Source of the DNA: an uncultured Lachnospiraceae bacterium
Lineage (GTDB): Bacteria; Bacillota; Clostridia; Lachnospirales; Lachnospiraceae
Direction: 5' to 3'
Length of the DNA stretch: 64,000 nucleotides
NCBI GenBank assembly: GCA_910585605.1
Contig: CAJUFL010000011.1
Location: forward strand, 3,313 to 67,312
Shown one piece after another: positions 49,575 through 59,368 of this stretch; position 1 is the first letter of the stretch, and every line of letters begins with the position of its first letter. The translations under genes and the position numbers were made by a program. The notes beneath the pieces are model-generated. The model was not told the DNA's origin. It worked only from the letters and a program-made list of their open reading frames with translations, and made no database searches.

Positions 49575-49967
49575 TTATGCACCCACATACTCAGATGAAT
49601 CAAATGCAAGAATCAATATAAAAATCGGATTTAAAAACAACAGTCCGAATCCAAATCCTGGTCCATGACCAAATGCTTTTGCCAATTTAAAGTACAGCAT
49701 GATGCCGAATACAGCATTAGCAAGCGGTATCAGCAATGTCAGAAAATACCATCCGTTCCCAAAAGCAATCTTATATAGCACATAGATATTATAAAATGGG
49801 ACAATACTTGCCCATCCCGGTTCTCCTGCTTTTGTGAAAATCCTCCAAAATGCAACAATTGATAAAACTAACAATGCCAGGCATATAATTGAATATACAC
49901 CTGAAAATAGTGCTAAAACGCCTGCTGACGCAGAGTCATAGCCTACTGTCATTAATGATGTTAACAT
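49575..49967 (-). CDS. Small membrane protein (DUF5684-like)
   Basis: Start moved to ATG 49967 (GGGAGG RBS). Contains the motif FWRIFTKAGEPGWASIVPFYNIYVLYKIA, which I recall as characteristic of DUF5684 membrane proteins. Confidence 0.55.
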   Translation of the reverse strand: MLTSLMTVGYDSASAGVLALFSGVYSIICLALLVLSIVAFWRIFTKAGEPGWASIVPFYNIYVLYKIAFGNGWYFLTLLIPLANAVFGIMLYFKLAKAFGHGPGFGFGLLFLNPIFILILAFDSSEYVGA

Positions 49968-50089
49968 AAAACATCCTCCCTCATAATTATTTACAAAGTT
50001 TTTTGTATGACAATAATCTATCAATTATAACATAATTTGTCAATTCTTAATTTGAACGTTTTCTTATTGCATTATTCTTAATAATATTC

Positions 50090-51241
50090 TTACACTGGCT
50101 TGCTGTTATCGGAAACCCTACCCTGTAATTCTTCTTTGTTCTTTGTTGCATCTCTTAACAGCTTGTAAATAGATGCTGCAACCGGAACACCTAACAGCAT
50201 TCCCACTACCCCTCCAAGACCGCTTCCAATCATAATCGCAGCCAATACCCATATACCGGGAAGACCAATGGAGGAACCAACCACTTTGGGATAGATCAGA
50301 TTTCCTTCCAGCTGCTGTAAAATCACAAGAAATACCAGAAATACCACTGCCTGTTTCGGATCTACCGTAACAATCATAAAAGCACCGAGAGCTGCACCGA
50401 TATACGCACCAAAAATAGGAATTAACGCTGTCAGTCCAACCAAGGCTCCAATGGGACCGGCATATGGCAGCCGTAAAATCCACATTCCCAATGCACAAAG
50501 ACTTCCCAGAATGACGGCCTCTGTAGCCTGTCCAAGTATAAAACTGGAAAAACTCTCATCAATGATACCCAGCACATATACTGTCTTTTCATAAAGAGAA
50601 GTCTTCATAAAAGCCTTCATCATACGATTTATCTTAACTCCAATCTCCTCTTTACATGCCAGTACATACATACTGAAAATAAGACCTACCACCACATTTA
50701 CCACTGCTCCAAAAAAAGAGCCTACAATTGTGGTAGCCGAAGTTAAAAGTCCCTTTGTTCCCGTCATCAAACCTGCTGAAACCTTATTGATGATATTTCC
50801 CCAATCCAGATCTAATTCTGTCAGCTGCTTTTGTAAAGCCGGCAGTTCATCTGATTTTTCTATCAGAAACTGTATCACATTCTGAAATACCTCCGGTACA
50901 TCCTTTGAAATAATGACAAAGCAATCGATAACCTGTGGAATCACCAGATACAGTACAAAAATGACAATCAGTGTCAGCAATGCCAGGGAAAATACCATAC
51001 ACATTCCCCTTCTGGATTTTGTAATCAGTTTATTTTTACTCTTTGGAAAATAGATCTTTTCCAGACGCACCATCAAAATATTCAAAACATATGCGAACAC
51101 ACACCCTAAAATCAAAGGATATGCAACAGATAAAAGCCTGCCGCCCCAATTCAAAATCCATTTAAAATACATGACAAATAAGCATAAAAATGCTACAACA
51201 AACCCATATTGAATAAAATGTTTCATATTATGATTTTTCAC
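50090..51241 (-). CDS. AI-2E family transporter (PerM-like)
   Basis: About 8 TM helices with a conserved C-terminal half (LIPIFGAYIGAALGAFMI...QQLEGNLIYPKVVG). The start is uncertain; GTG 51241 has GGGAGG 7 nt upstream, whereas the track start at 51256 lacks an RBS. Confidence 0.82.
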   Translation of the reverse strand: MKNHNMKHFIQYGFVVAFLCLFVMYFKWILNWGGRLLSVAYPLILGCVFAYVLNILMVRLEKIYFPKSKNKLITKSRRGMCMVFSLALLTLIVIFVLYLVIPQVIDCFVIISKDVPEVFQNVIQFLIEKSDELPALQKQLTELDLDWGNIINKVSAGLMTGTKGLLTSATTIVGSFFGAVVNVVVGLIFSMYVLACKEEIGVKINRMMKAFMKTSLYEKTVYVLGIIDESFSSFILGQATEAVILGSLCALGMWILRLPYAGPIGALVGLTALIPIFGAYIGAALGAFMIVTVDPKQAVVFLVFLVILQQLEGNLIYPKVVGSSIGLPGIWVLAAIMIGSGLGGVVGMLLGVPVAASIYKLLRDATKNKEELQGRVSDNSKPV

Positions 51242-51465
51242 AGCAAAACCTCCCATAGGTATTTATTAAACGTGAATAGTATACCATATATTGCCAAAAA
51301 TACAATCTTTCCAGTCACTTTTCTATATTACCCGCATTCCCTGTTCCAATTTTCCTTCAGCATTTTCCATATAATTTTAATCTACTTTTCCCAACTATAT
51401 TGCTACCATTCCACTTTTTTGATATGATAAGAACATCTTGAAAGATTAGAAATCAGGAGGATACT

Positions 51466-52923
51466 ATGGATTCCGAAACACAAGGTATATATACAACTAT
51501 TATGTCCATTGCAGACAAAATTGATAAGCATTTGATGAAAGAAAATGATGCAACAGAAAGCGTAAAGGAGCTTCTGCGCATTGACTTACGCAATTTTCTT
51601 ATTTTCCTTACAATTGCAGACCATATAATATCAAAAGACGAAATCCGCTATATCAACAAATCCCTCGGTTACAGCTTTGATGATATGACTATGAAAAATT
51701 TTGCACTGAAAAGCAGCATAGTTCGTGAAGATTTTCTCAACACTCCACCCGCCTCCATGCATTACTTTTTGGAATATGGCAAAGATGAATATATCATACA
51801 TGAAGCTAAGTACTACGATATCAAAAAACTTTATATCCTTATTTTCCAGTCGCTGGGGGAAGATTTTTTGTCAAGCTGCAAACATATGGATATAACGGAA
51901 GTAAACCAGCTGACCCGTTATCGTTTTATGCTGGAAAGCAAAATAAGGGCATTTGTGAAAAGCGGCGGGGTTGCCCCAAGCAGACCCGACAGCATCCCTT
52001 TCAAATTAAAATCCCGCCAGGAAGAGGAATCCCAGGCGGAGATTCCTTTTATCGGCAATGTTACCGGCGGCGACAAGACCCGCGAAGACCTGGATTCTCT
52101 GTTAAAAGAATTAGAATCTTTAATCGGTCTTACTTCCGTCAAAGCAGAGGTTAAAAATCTGATCAATCTTTTAAAGATCATAGATATCCGTAAACAAAAT
52201 AATCTAAAAACTCCTTCCGTTACCAGGCATTTTGTTTTTACTGGAAACCCGGGAACCGGTAAAACCACTGTCGCAAGGCTTCTCTCACAAATCTATTGTG
52301 CACTGGGCATTCTTTCCAAGGGGCATATCGTAGAGGTGGACCGTTCCGGCATGGTTGCAGCCTACATGGGACAAACCGCAATTAAGGTAAAAGCGGTTAT
52401 CGACAGAGCTTATGGCGGTGTATTATTTATCGATGAAGCTTACGCCCTTGCCAATGAAACTCCTGGAGGAGATTTCGGCCAGGAAGCCATCGACACCCTT
52501 GTAAAAGCCATGGAAGATAAACGTGAAGATTTGATCGTTATCGTTGCCGGATATCCCGACCTAATGAAAAAATTTATCGAATCTAATCCGGGACTCAAAT
52601 CAAGATTTCAAAAAACCATTCATTTTCCTGATTACAGTGCCAAAGACTTATACCAGGTATTCCTTAAATTCTGTAAGGAAAATGATTATGTACTCAGTCC
52701 GGACGGAGAGATTTATCTAAAAGAAAAGTTAGAAGAATACGTTCAAAATTCTGATAAGTATTTTGGAAATGCCAGAGATGTCCGAAATTTTCTGGATATT
52801 GCCATATCTGACCAGGCAAACCGCCTGTTAAACGAAAATGAAACATCACCGGAAGCACTTGTCACATTGCAGCCAATTGACCTTTCACACATCTTTGAAC
52901 AAAAAGGAGACGATGCCAAATGA
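51466..52923 (+). CDS. AAA+ ATPase of the SpoVK/CbbX type with an uncharacterised ~220-aa N-terminal domain
   Basis: Walker A FTGNPGTGKTTVA and Walker B VLFIDEAY, plus VIVAGY and GNARDVRN as in SpoVK/CbbX. The N-terminal helical domain (..LTIADHIISKDEIRYINKSLGY..) is not assignable by eye. Confidence 0.82.
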   Translation: MDSETQGIYTTIMSIADKIDKHLMKENDATESVKELLRIDLRNFLIFLTIADHIISKDEIRYINKSLGYSFDDMTMKNFALKSSIVREDFLNTPPASMHYFLEYGKDEYIIHEAKYYDIKKLYILIFQSLGEDFLSSCKHMDITEVNQLTRYRFMLESKIRAFVKSGGVAPSRPDSIPFKLKSRQEEESQAEIPFIGNVTGGDKTREDLDSLLKELESLIGLTSVKAEVKNLINLLKIIDIRKQNNLKTPSVTRHFVFTGNPGTGKTTVARLLSQIYCALGILSKGHIVEVDRSGMVAAYMGQTAIKVKAVIDRAYGGVLFIDEAYALANETPGGDFGQEAIDTLVKAMEDKREDLIVIVAGYPDLMKKFIESNPGLKSRFQKTIHFPDYSAKDLYQVFLKFCKENDYVLSPDGEIYLKEKLEEYVQNSDKYFGNARDVRNFLDIAISDQANRLLNENETSPEALVTLQPIDLSHIFEQKGDDAK

Positions 52924-53807
52924 CCCTGCTTGCCTATCAAATCTTTCAGACCGTAGTGGAACAGGGAAGCTTTCAGCATGCCGCAGAAGTCTTAAATTTA
53001 ACTCCGTCTGCAATCAGTCATGCTATTTCCACGGCAGAAAAAGAATTAGGATTTCCACTGTTTAACCGTAACAAAAACGGGGTTACTCTTACCAGTTATG
53101 GTGAAAACCTACAGCCTTATATTTTAACTGTATTAAATAGCGATGCCAAACTTCAGCAGGCCATTTTGGAATTTAACGGATTAACCCATGGCTCTGTAAA
53201 AATAGGAACCTTTTCCTCTGTCTGTAATAATTTTATACCCGATTTGGTTACCAGCTTTTCAAAATCGCACCCTAACATCGAAATTAAAATTTATCAGGGA
53301 ACCTATGACGATGTATATAACTGGATAAAAACCGGTGTCGTAGATCTTGGTTTTCTCTCAGAGTCCAGTAGTAAAGATTTACCGATTGTCCCACTATATA
53401 AAGATGAATTGCTTTGTGTTGTTCCCAAATCATTCCGCACAAAGCGCCAAAACTATATCCAGCTGACAGATTTAAAGGAACAGAATTTTGTTTCCCAAAG
53501 CGAAAGTACAGATGCAGATATCCAGAAGCTCTTTAGCAAATATGAGCTCAAAATCCGTTCCTCCTGCCATGTAGTGGATGATTTAAGTACTATTGCCATG
53601 GTAGCTGCCGGTCTCGGAATCTGTATCATGCCCAAACTTGTCATGAAACACATTCCCTATGATGTAAATATGTACCCACTAAAACCGGCCGAACACCGAA
53701 CCATCGGAATCTGTTCATTAAATCCGGAGTTGATGGCTCCCGCTGTCAAAAGTATGTATAAACATATTTTAAAATATTTCAAAAACCTAAATATTAATAA
53801 AAAGTAG
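52920..53807 (+). CDS. LysR-family transcriptional regulator
   Basis: N-terminal HTH FQHAAEVLNLTPSAISHAISTAEKELGFPLFNR plus a LysR substrate-binding domain. The ATG overlaps the upstream TGA (ATGA). Confidence 0.9.
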   Translation: MTLLAYQIFQTVVEQGSFQHAAEVLNLTPSAISHAISTAEKELGFPLFNRNKNGVTLTSYGENLQPYILTVLNSDAKLQQAILEFNGLTHGSVKIGTFSSVCNNFIPDLVTSFSKSHPNIEIKIYQGTYDDVYNWIKTGVVDLGFLSESSSKDLPIVPLYKDELLCVVPKSFRTKRQNYIQLTDLKEQNFVSQSESTDADIQKLFSKYELKIRSSCHVVDDLSTIAMVAAGLGICIMPKLVMKHIPYDVNMYPLKPAEHRTIGICSLNPELMAPAVKSMYKHILKYFKNLNINKK

Positions 53808-53820
53808 GGGATGTTTAGAT

Positions 53821-54168
53821 ATGTTTAATGAAAATCTCAGACTCATATTTCAATACGTGTTGTTGATAATTTATATATTGCTGTTTTTTCTTCAAATAGT
53901 TTTGTTTATACATTTTATCAAAAGAAAGAATAAATATTGGATATATCCAGCAGGCACCGCACTTATATCATGCATGGCTGCCATCATACTTATGTTCTTT
54001 TATGACAGCTTACCTGGATATGGATCTATGCCGGGACTCACATATTTTGCAGAATGGTTTTATTCTTTTTGTGCAAGTATTGTTTTTGCCGGTATGTTAA
54101 TATTATCCATAGCAAGCAGGATAATATTAACATTTATAACCAGAATAAAACAACGCACCCATTCCTAA
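53821..54168 (+). CDS. Hypothetical membrane protein (3-4 TM helices)
   Basis: 115-aa hydrophobic ORF starting 13 nt after the lysR-type gene, preceded by AGGGGA. Confidence 0.5.
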   Translation: MFNENLRLIFQYVLLIIYILLFFLQIVLFIHFIKRKNKYWIYPAGTALISCMAAIILMFFYDSLPGYGSMPGLTYFAEWFYSFCASIVFAGMLILSIASRIILTFITRIKQRTHS

Positions 54169-54175
54169 TTTGCTA

Positions 54176-55453
54176 TTACTGAATTTTAGTCTTACCACCC
54201 ATATACGGCTGTAATACTTCGGGAATATTTACCGTTCCATCTGCATTCAGATTATTCTCCAAAAATGCGATCAACATACGTGGCGGTGCAACTACAGTAT
54301 TATTTAAAGTATGTGCATAATATTTGCCATTTACACCATCTACCCGGATTTTCAGGCGCCTTGCCTGTGCATCACCCAGATTGGAACAGCTTCCAACTTC
54401 AAAATATTTTTTCTGTCTTGGTGACCACGCCTCCACGTCAATGGATTTTACCTTGAGATCTGCCAAGTCTCCGGAACAACACTCCAATGTACGCACAGGA
54501 ATATCCAGGCTTCTAAACAAATCTACAGTATTCTGCCATAACTTTTCAAACCACATTTTACTCTCTTCCGGTCTGCATACCACGATCATCTCCTGCTTTT
54601 CAAACTGATGAATCCGGTAAACACCCCGTTCTTCAATTCCATGTGCTCCCTTTTCCTTACGAAAACACGGTGAATAGCTGGTAAGAGTTTTGGGTAAATT
54701 CTCCTCTTTGATAATGGTATCAATAAATTTACCAATCATGGAATGCTCACTGGTTCCAATCAAATAAAGATCTTCTCCTTCAATCTTATACATCATGGCG
54801 TCCATTTCAGCAAAACTCATAACACCTGTTACCACATTGGAACGAATCATAAAAGGCGGTATACAATACGTAAACCCTCTGTCAATCATAAAATCCCTTG
54901 CATAAGATATAATTGCCGAATGGAGCCTTGCAATATCTCCCATCAGGTAATAAAATCCATTACCGGCCACTTTGCCTGCCGCATCCAGATCAACTCCGTC
55001 AAACTTCTCCATAATCTCTGTATGATATGGAATTTCAAAATCCGGGACTACCGGTTCCCCATATTTTTGAATCTCCACATTCTCACTGTCATCTTTACCG
55101 ATCGGAACAGAAGCATCAATAATATTAGGAATCACCATCATAATCTTTGTAATTTTTTCCTGTAGATCTTTTTCCTGTTCCTCTAAAGCAGCAAGCTCCG
55201 CTGAACGCTCTGTTACAAGTTTTTTCGTCGCTTCAGCTTCCTCCTTTTTGCCCTGCGCCATCAAAGCACCAATCTGCTTGGAAATCTTATTGCGCTCTGC
55301 CCGGAGTGCATCAGCCTTCCCCTTTGCCTCACGGCTTCTGGTATCCAATTCGATCACTTCATCTACCAACGGTAATTTCTCTTCCTGAAATTTGTTCTTG
55401 ATGTTCTGCTTTACGACGTCAGGATTCTCGCGTAAAAATTTAATGTCGATCAT
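54176..55453 (-). CDS. serS: Seryl-tRNA synthetase
   Basis: MIDIKFLRENPD N-terminal coiled-coil arm and class-II motifs (FRKEKGAHG..., RIHQFEKQE, GSCSNLGDAQARR). Confidence 0.97.
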   Translation of the reverse strand: MIDIKFLRENPDVVKQNIKNKFQEEKLPLVDEVIELDTRSREAKGKADALRAERNKISKQIGALMAQGKKEEAEATKKLVTERSAELAALEEQEKDLQEKITKIMMVIPNIIDASVPIGKDDSENVEIQKYGEPVVPDFEIPYHTEIMEKFDGVDLDAAGKVAGNGFYYLMGDIARLHSAIISYARDFMIDRGFTYCIPPFMIRSNVVTGVMSFAEMDAMMYKIEGEDLYLIGTSEHSMIGKFIDTIIKEENLPKTLTSYSPCFRKEKGAHGIEERGVYRIHQFEKQEMIVVCRPEESKMWFEKLWQNTVDLFRSLDIPVRTLECCSGDLADLKVKSIDVEAWSPRQKKYFEVGSCSNLGDAQARRLKIRVDGVNGKYYAHTLNNTVVAPPRMLIAFLENNLNADGTVNIPEVLQPYMGGKTKIQ

Positions 55454-55469
55454 GTTCTTTCTCCTATCT

Positions 55470-56921
55470 TTAATACCCTAAAATTCTATTATACAATTCC
55501 ATATATTTTGCCGCTGATTTATCCCACGAAAAATCTTCCTTCATACCTCTTACCACCATTTTATTCCAGTCATCTCTATGATCATAATATATTTCTTTGG
55601 AATAATTAATTATCTTTAACATTTCATCTGCATTATAATTTGTAAAGGAAAAACCGGTTCCCGTTCCTTCGTACTCATTATAAGGAACAACCGTATCCTT
55701 AAGACCTCCTGTCTCTCTTACAATAGGAACTGTTCCATAACGCAGGGAAATAAGCTGCGTCAGTCCGCAAGGCTCAAATCTCGAAGGCATTAACATGGCA
55801 TCTGCGGCTGCATACAATCTGTGTGCTCTCTCATCTGAATAAAAAATATTGGCAGACACTCTGTCAGAATATACCCATTGATAATGTTTAAACATATTCT
55901 CATATTTTGCCTCACCGGTTCCAATCACTACAAACTGTACATATGGATCCACGATCCCCTCCATTACCCAGTCTATCAAATCGAGACCCTTCTGGTCTGT
56001 CAAACGGGATATAATGGCGATCATATATTTATTCTCATCCACAGGTAGTCCAAGTTCTTTTTGCAATTCCATTTTATTTGCGGCTTTTCCCTTTTTATAG
56101 CTTCTCACATTGTATTTTTTAAATATCTTTTCATCTGTATTGGGATCATACACATCATAATCAATTCCATTCACGATACCACAAAGCTTTTGATTATGAA
56201 AACGCAATAAATCATCAAGATTTTCTCCATATTCAGGTGTCTGGATTTCTCCGGCATACGTATCGCTTACTGTAGTAATGTAGTCAGAATATACCATACC
56301 TGCTTTTAACATATTACCGTCTTTGTAAAATTCCATACGGTCCGGAGTAAATACATAATCCGGTAATCCTGAAATGTATTTAAAGGTCTTAACATCCCAC
56401 ACTCCCTGAAACTTCAAATTATGTATTGTCATAATCGTTTTGGTTCCCGCAAAAAATGGATTATCATGATACAAAGTTCTCAGATAAACCGGCACAAGTC
56501 CCGCCTGCCAGTCATGACAGTGAATGACATCCGGCTTAAAATTAATAACAGGCAAAATCGCCAAAGCCGCCTTGCTAAAAAATGTAAATTTCTCAATATC
56601 AAAACGGATTGTTCCATATGGTGCCCAACCTGAAAAATAATACTCATTATCAATTAGATAATATGTGATACCATCTAATTGATAAGTCATGATACCAACA
56701 TGAACATTCTCAAATCTCTGTCCTAAATCCATATAAAAATGATGAACATATTGGAATTTCTCTCTATACTCCCAGGGAATGCATGTATAGTTAGGTATTA
56801 CTACACGCACATCATACTCTTCTTTTGGAAACATCTTAGGAAGTGCCCCAACAACATCTGCCAATCCGCCGGTTTTAATAAAAGGAACACACTCTGAAGC
56901 TACAAACAAAATATTTTTCAT
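55470..56921 (-). CDS. glgA: Glycogen synthase (GT5)
   Basis: Start set at ATG 56921 (MKNILFVASECVPFIKTGGLADV, the KTGGL motif) with a GGAGGG RBS. The C-terminal half contains PSRFEPCGLTQL. Confidence 0.95.
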   Translation of the reverse strand: MKNILFVASECVPFIKTGGLADVVGALPKMFPKEEYDVRVVIPNYTCIPWEYREKFQYVHHFYMDLGQRFENVHVGIMTYQLDGITYYLIDNEYYFSGWAPYGTIRFDIEKFTFFSKAALAILPVINFKPDVIHCHDWQAGLVPVYLRTLYHDNPFFAGTKTIMTIHNLKFQGVWDVKTFKYISGLPDYVFTPDRMEFYKDGNMLKAGMVYSDYITTVSDTYAGEIQTPEYGENLDDLLRFHNQKLCGIVNGIDYDVYDPNTDEKIFKKYNVRSYKKGKAANKMELQKELGLPVDENKYMIAIISRLTDQKGLDLIDWVMEGIVDPYVQFVVIGTGEAKYENMFKHYQWVYSDRVSANIFYSDERAHRLYAAADAMLMPSRFEPCGLTQLISLRYGTVPIVRETGGLKDTVVPYNEYEGTGTGFSFTNYNADEMLKIINYSKEIYYDHRDDWNKMVVRGMKEDFSWDKSAAKYMELYNRILGY

Positions 56922-57054
56922 AATCACGCCCTCCAATTTAGTAACCACTTTTACATCGTAAAATTTTATCACAGTAACAACGACCAGCCATATACTGCCC
57001 AATGCCACTAAACATATTATACCCTTTTTTACAATATCTGTCTACGAAACCTTC

Positions 57055-57663
57055 TTATTTTTTCAGTTCATCCAATGTTTTCTTATACGCCCCAATAAAA
57101 TCCCTTTCAAAATCACGGACTTCGGGCAAATCCATATCCTTTAATTTGGTATAAACTGCCGCCTTTGCACTGGAAAATTCACGGTTACCTGTTTTTTCCT
57201 CTTCCAGACATTTTATATATGCAGATAATTTATCTGCTGCTTTTACCAGTTGCCACAGATACTCTTCTCCTTCTTTGGGAAACAAAATAGATTCATATTC
57301 TTCATAAAGATAATCAGGAAGCATGGATAAAAGTTCCTTTGCTGCCTGTTTTTCTACATTTTTATATGCCTCTTTTGTATCCATGTTATAATACTTAACC
57401 GGTGTCGGCATATCTCCTGTTAAAATCTCTGTGCAGTCATGATACATCCCCATCAAAGCCGCCCGCTCCGCATTCAGACACCTACCATATCTTTTATTAC
57501 TAATAAGTGCTAATACATGGGCAATCATTCCAACCTCCAAAGAGTGTTCACTTATATTTTCAGGATAGGAATTACGCATCAGCGCCCACCTGTTAATATA
57601 TTTCATCCTTGCCATCATTGCAAAAAAGGAACTGTCATATTCCTTATATTCTTCTCTTTCCAT
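57055..57663 (-). CDS. HD-domain 5'-deoxynucleotidase (YfbR-like)
   Basis: ENISEHSLEVGMIAHVLA and MYHDCTEILTGDMPTPVKY match the YfbR-type HD motif arrangement. Confidence 0.8.
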   Translation of the reverse strand: MEREEYKEYDSSFFAMMARMKYINRWALMRNSYPENISEHSLEVGMIAHVLALISNKRYGRCLNAERAALMGMYHDCTEILTGDMPTPVKYYNMDTKEAYKNVEKQAAKELLSMLPDYLYEEYESILFPKEGEEYLWQLVKAADKLSAYIKCLEEEKTGNREFSSAKAAVYTKLKDMDLPEVRDFERDFIGAYKKTLDELKK

Positions 57664-57751
57664 CGATCATCCCCCATTTCTCAAAAAAATCCAACACAGC
57701 AGATGTGCAAACAAACAAGTGATTTTACCTAATTATCAACGCGACATGACA

Positions 57752-58423
57752 CTAATACGGTCTGGGACAGCAAATACTTCCTCCACAGCACAGATTACAG
57801 AAAATATTAGCCAGACAGAGTTTAAAACAAAAATCAGTCCCTTCCATTCCCGGCATGCCATACTCCGTGCCTCTGCCTGTATACCATGTCCCACCACTTT
57901 GCATAACATTATAAAATTGGCGGTACTCTGCATTACCGGGCTCCATACGCATAGCCATCTGGATATGCTCCAAGGCTCTCGCCTGATTACCCAGACCCTG
58001 ATTAGCAATTGCCGAAACATAATACCACTTCCCATTTTTATTTTCAATATCAGACAAAACCCTGAGTGCAGACTGATAGTCTCCTCCCCTGATATAATTC
58101 ATCGCTGCATTTAAATATGTGGAATCTTTATCATCTCCATAAGACGTACTGCCGGTCCGTCCGTAACCCTCGCCAAATCCCCTGAAACCACCATATCCGT
58201 TACCGGCATAATCGTTTGCATTACCATACCCTCCTGTATTTCCATCCATGATTGCCTGATATGCCTGCTGTACTTCCTTAAATCGCTCTTCTGCCTGTTC
58301 TTTATTCGGATTATTCACATTTGCATCCGGATGATATCTTCTACTCAGATTACGATATGCCTTTTTTATTTCTTCTTCAGATGCATCCGGTGATACACCT
58401 AATATATCATACGGACTTTTCAT
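57752..58423 (-). CDS. J-domain protein with TPR-like middle region and Cys-rich hydrophobic C-terminus
   Basis: J-domain DILGVSPDASEEEIKKAYRNLSRRYHPDAN (HPD). A Gly/Tyr-rich linker follows. The C-terminus CFKLCLANIFCNLCCGGSICC carries 7 Cys in 21 residues. Confidence 0.85.
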   Translation of the reverse strand: MKSPYDILGVSPDASEEEIKKAYRNLSRRYHPDANVNNPNKEQAEERFKEVQQAYQAIMDGNTGGYGNANDYAGNGYGGFRGFGEGYGRTGSTSYGDDKDSTYLNAAMNYIRGGDYQSALRVLSDIENKNGKWYYVSAIANQGLGNQARALEHIQMAMRMEPGNAEYRQFYNVMQSGGTWYTGRGTEYGMPGMEGTDFCFKLCLANIFCNLCCGGSICCPRPY

Positions 58424-58480
58424 TTTCTACCTCCATATTTGTAACAATTCTGCTTTAGCAATGCTTCCAAGCCACCTCTT

Positions 58481-59329
58481 CTACCTGGATGTTTCTTTTT
58501 TCTCTAATGCCATTCTTTTCCTCTTGACTTCTTCATATTTTGTCCATATACCGGAATAAATTATGTTTCGAAGAATATCAACATTTTCAGTAATCGGAAG
58601 CTTCTCAAATGTTTTTGCAAACTCAGCTGCTATCATCGTAAGCAGCTGCTTGACCCATTCATCAAACCCCTCTTCTTTTTCTCTCTCCAAAAAGGGATTG
58701 AAGCAGCCCTTTCTTCTGTCCTGTTCTAAATCCTCATAAGCATCTACAATATAAATAAATTTCCCAATATAAAACCCGATATTCCGGAGATATTTTTCCC
58801 ACTCATCTTGTTTTACCACAAATATTTCTTCCAGTAAATGCCCGAAAATCCCAGACAACCGATCAATATCCAAATTCCCCATTTTTTCAAGCATTAACAG
58901 GCTGTTCATACATTCTTTAACAATCTTTTCCTGCCTTTCATAACATAAACCTATATTCTTTACTTTCTTTTCAATGCTCTTCCCGTAAATTCCTTTTATA
59001 ATATTCCCTTCATCCCTAAAATCATCTCTGCATTTATACCATGTGAGCAATACGTTCATATCTGCCACATATTCTATCATTTTGTTGTTTTTAATCTGCT
59101 GTTTTCTTATGGGATGAAGAACGCACCTATCCAGACATTCCGTTTCCTGAGGCTCATACAACAGGCTTAAAAGCATTGCCAGAAATGTCATGTCATAGCT
59201 TAATGTCAACTGGCCCCGTATACCGTATTTTTCCTTCAATACTCTGCAAAGTCCGCAATAATAAGAACGATATTCATGAAATTCCCTAATCCGCAGTTCA
59301 GGCTCATTCACCACTACATAACCAAACAT
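58481..59329 (-). CDS. DUF5685-like protein
   Basis: Start set at ATG 59329 (MFGYVVVNEPELRIREFHEYRSYYCGLCRVLKEKYG). This N-terminal YCGLC signature is what I recall for DUF5685. No function is known. Confidence 0.65.
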   Translation of the reverse strand: MFGYVVVNEPELRIREFHEYRSYYCGLCRVLKEKYGIRGQLTLSYDMTFLAMLLSLLYEPQETECLDRCVLHPIRKQQIKNNKMIEYVADMNVLLTWYKCRDDFRDEGNIIKGIYGKSIEKKVKNIGLCYERQEKIVKECMNSLLMLEKMGNLDIDRLSGIFGHLLEEIFVVKQDEWEKYLRNIGFYIGKFIYIVDAYEDLEQDRRKGCFNPFLEREKEEGFDEWVKQLLTMIAAEFAKTFEKLPITENVDILRNIIYSGIWTKYEEVKRKRMALEKKETSR

Positions 59330-59368
59330 TTTTAATCTGCTCCTAAACAATATCCTTTAAACATTTCA

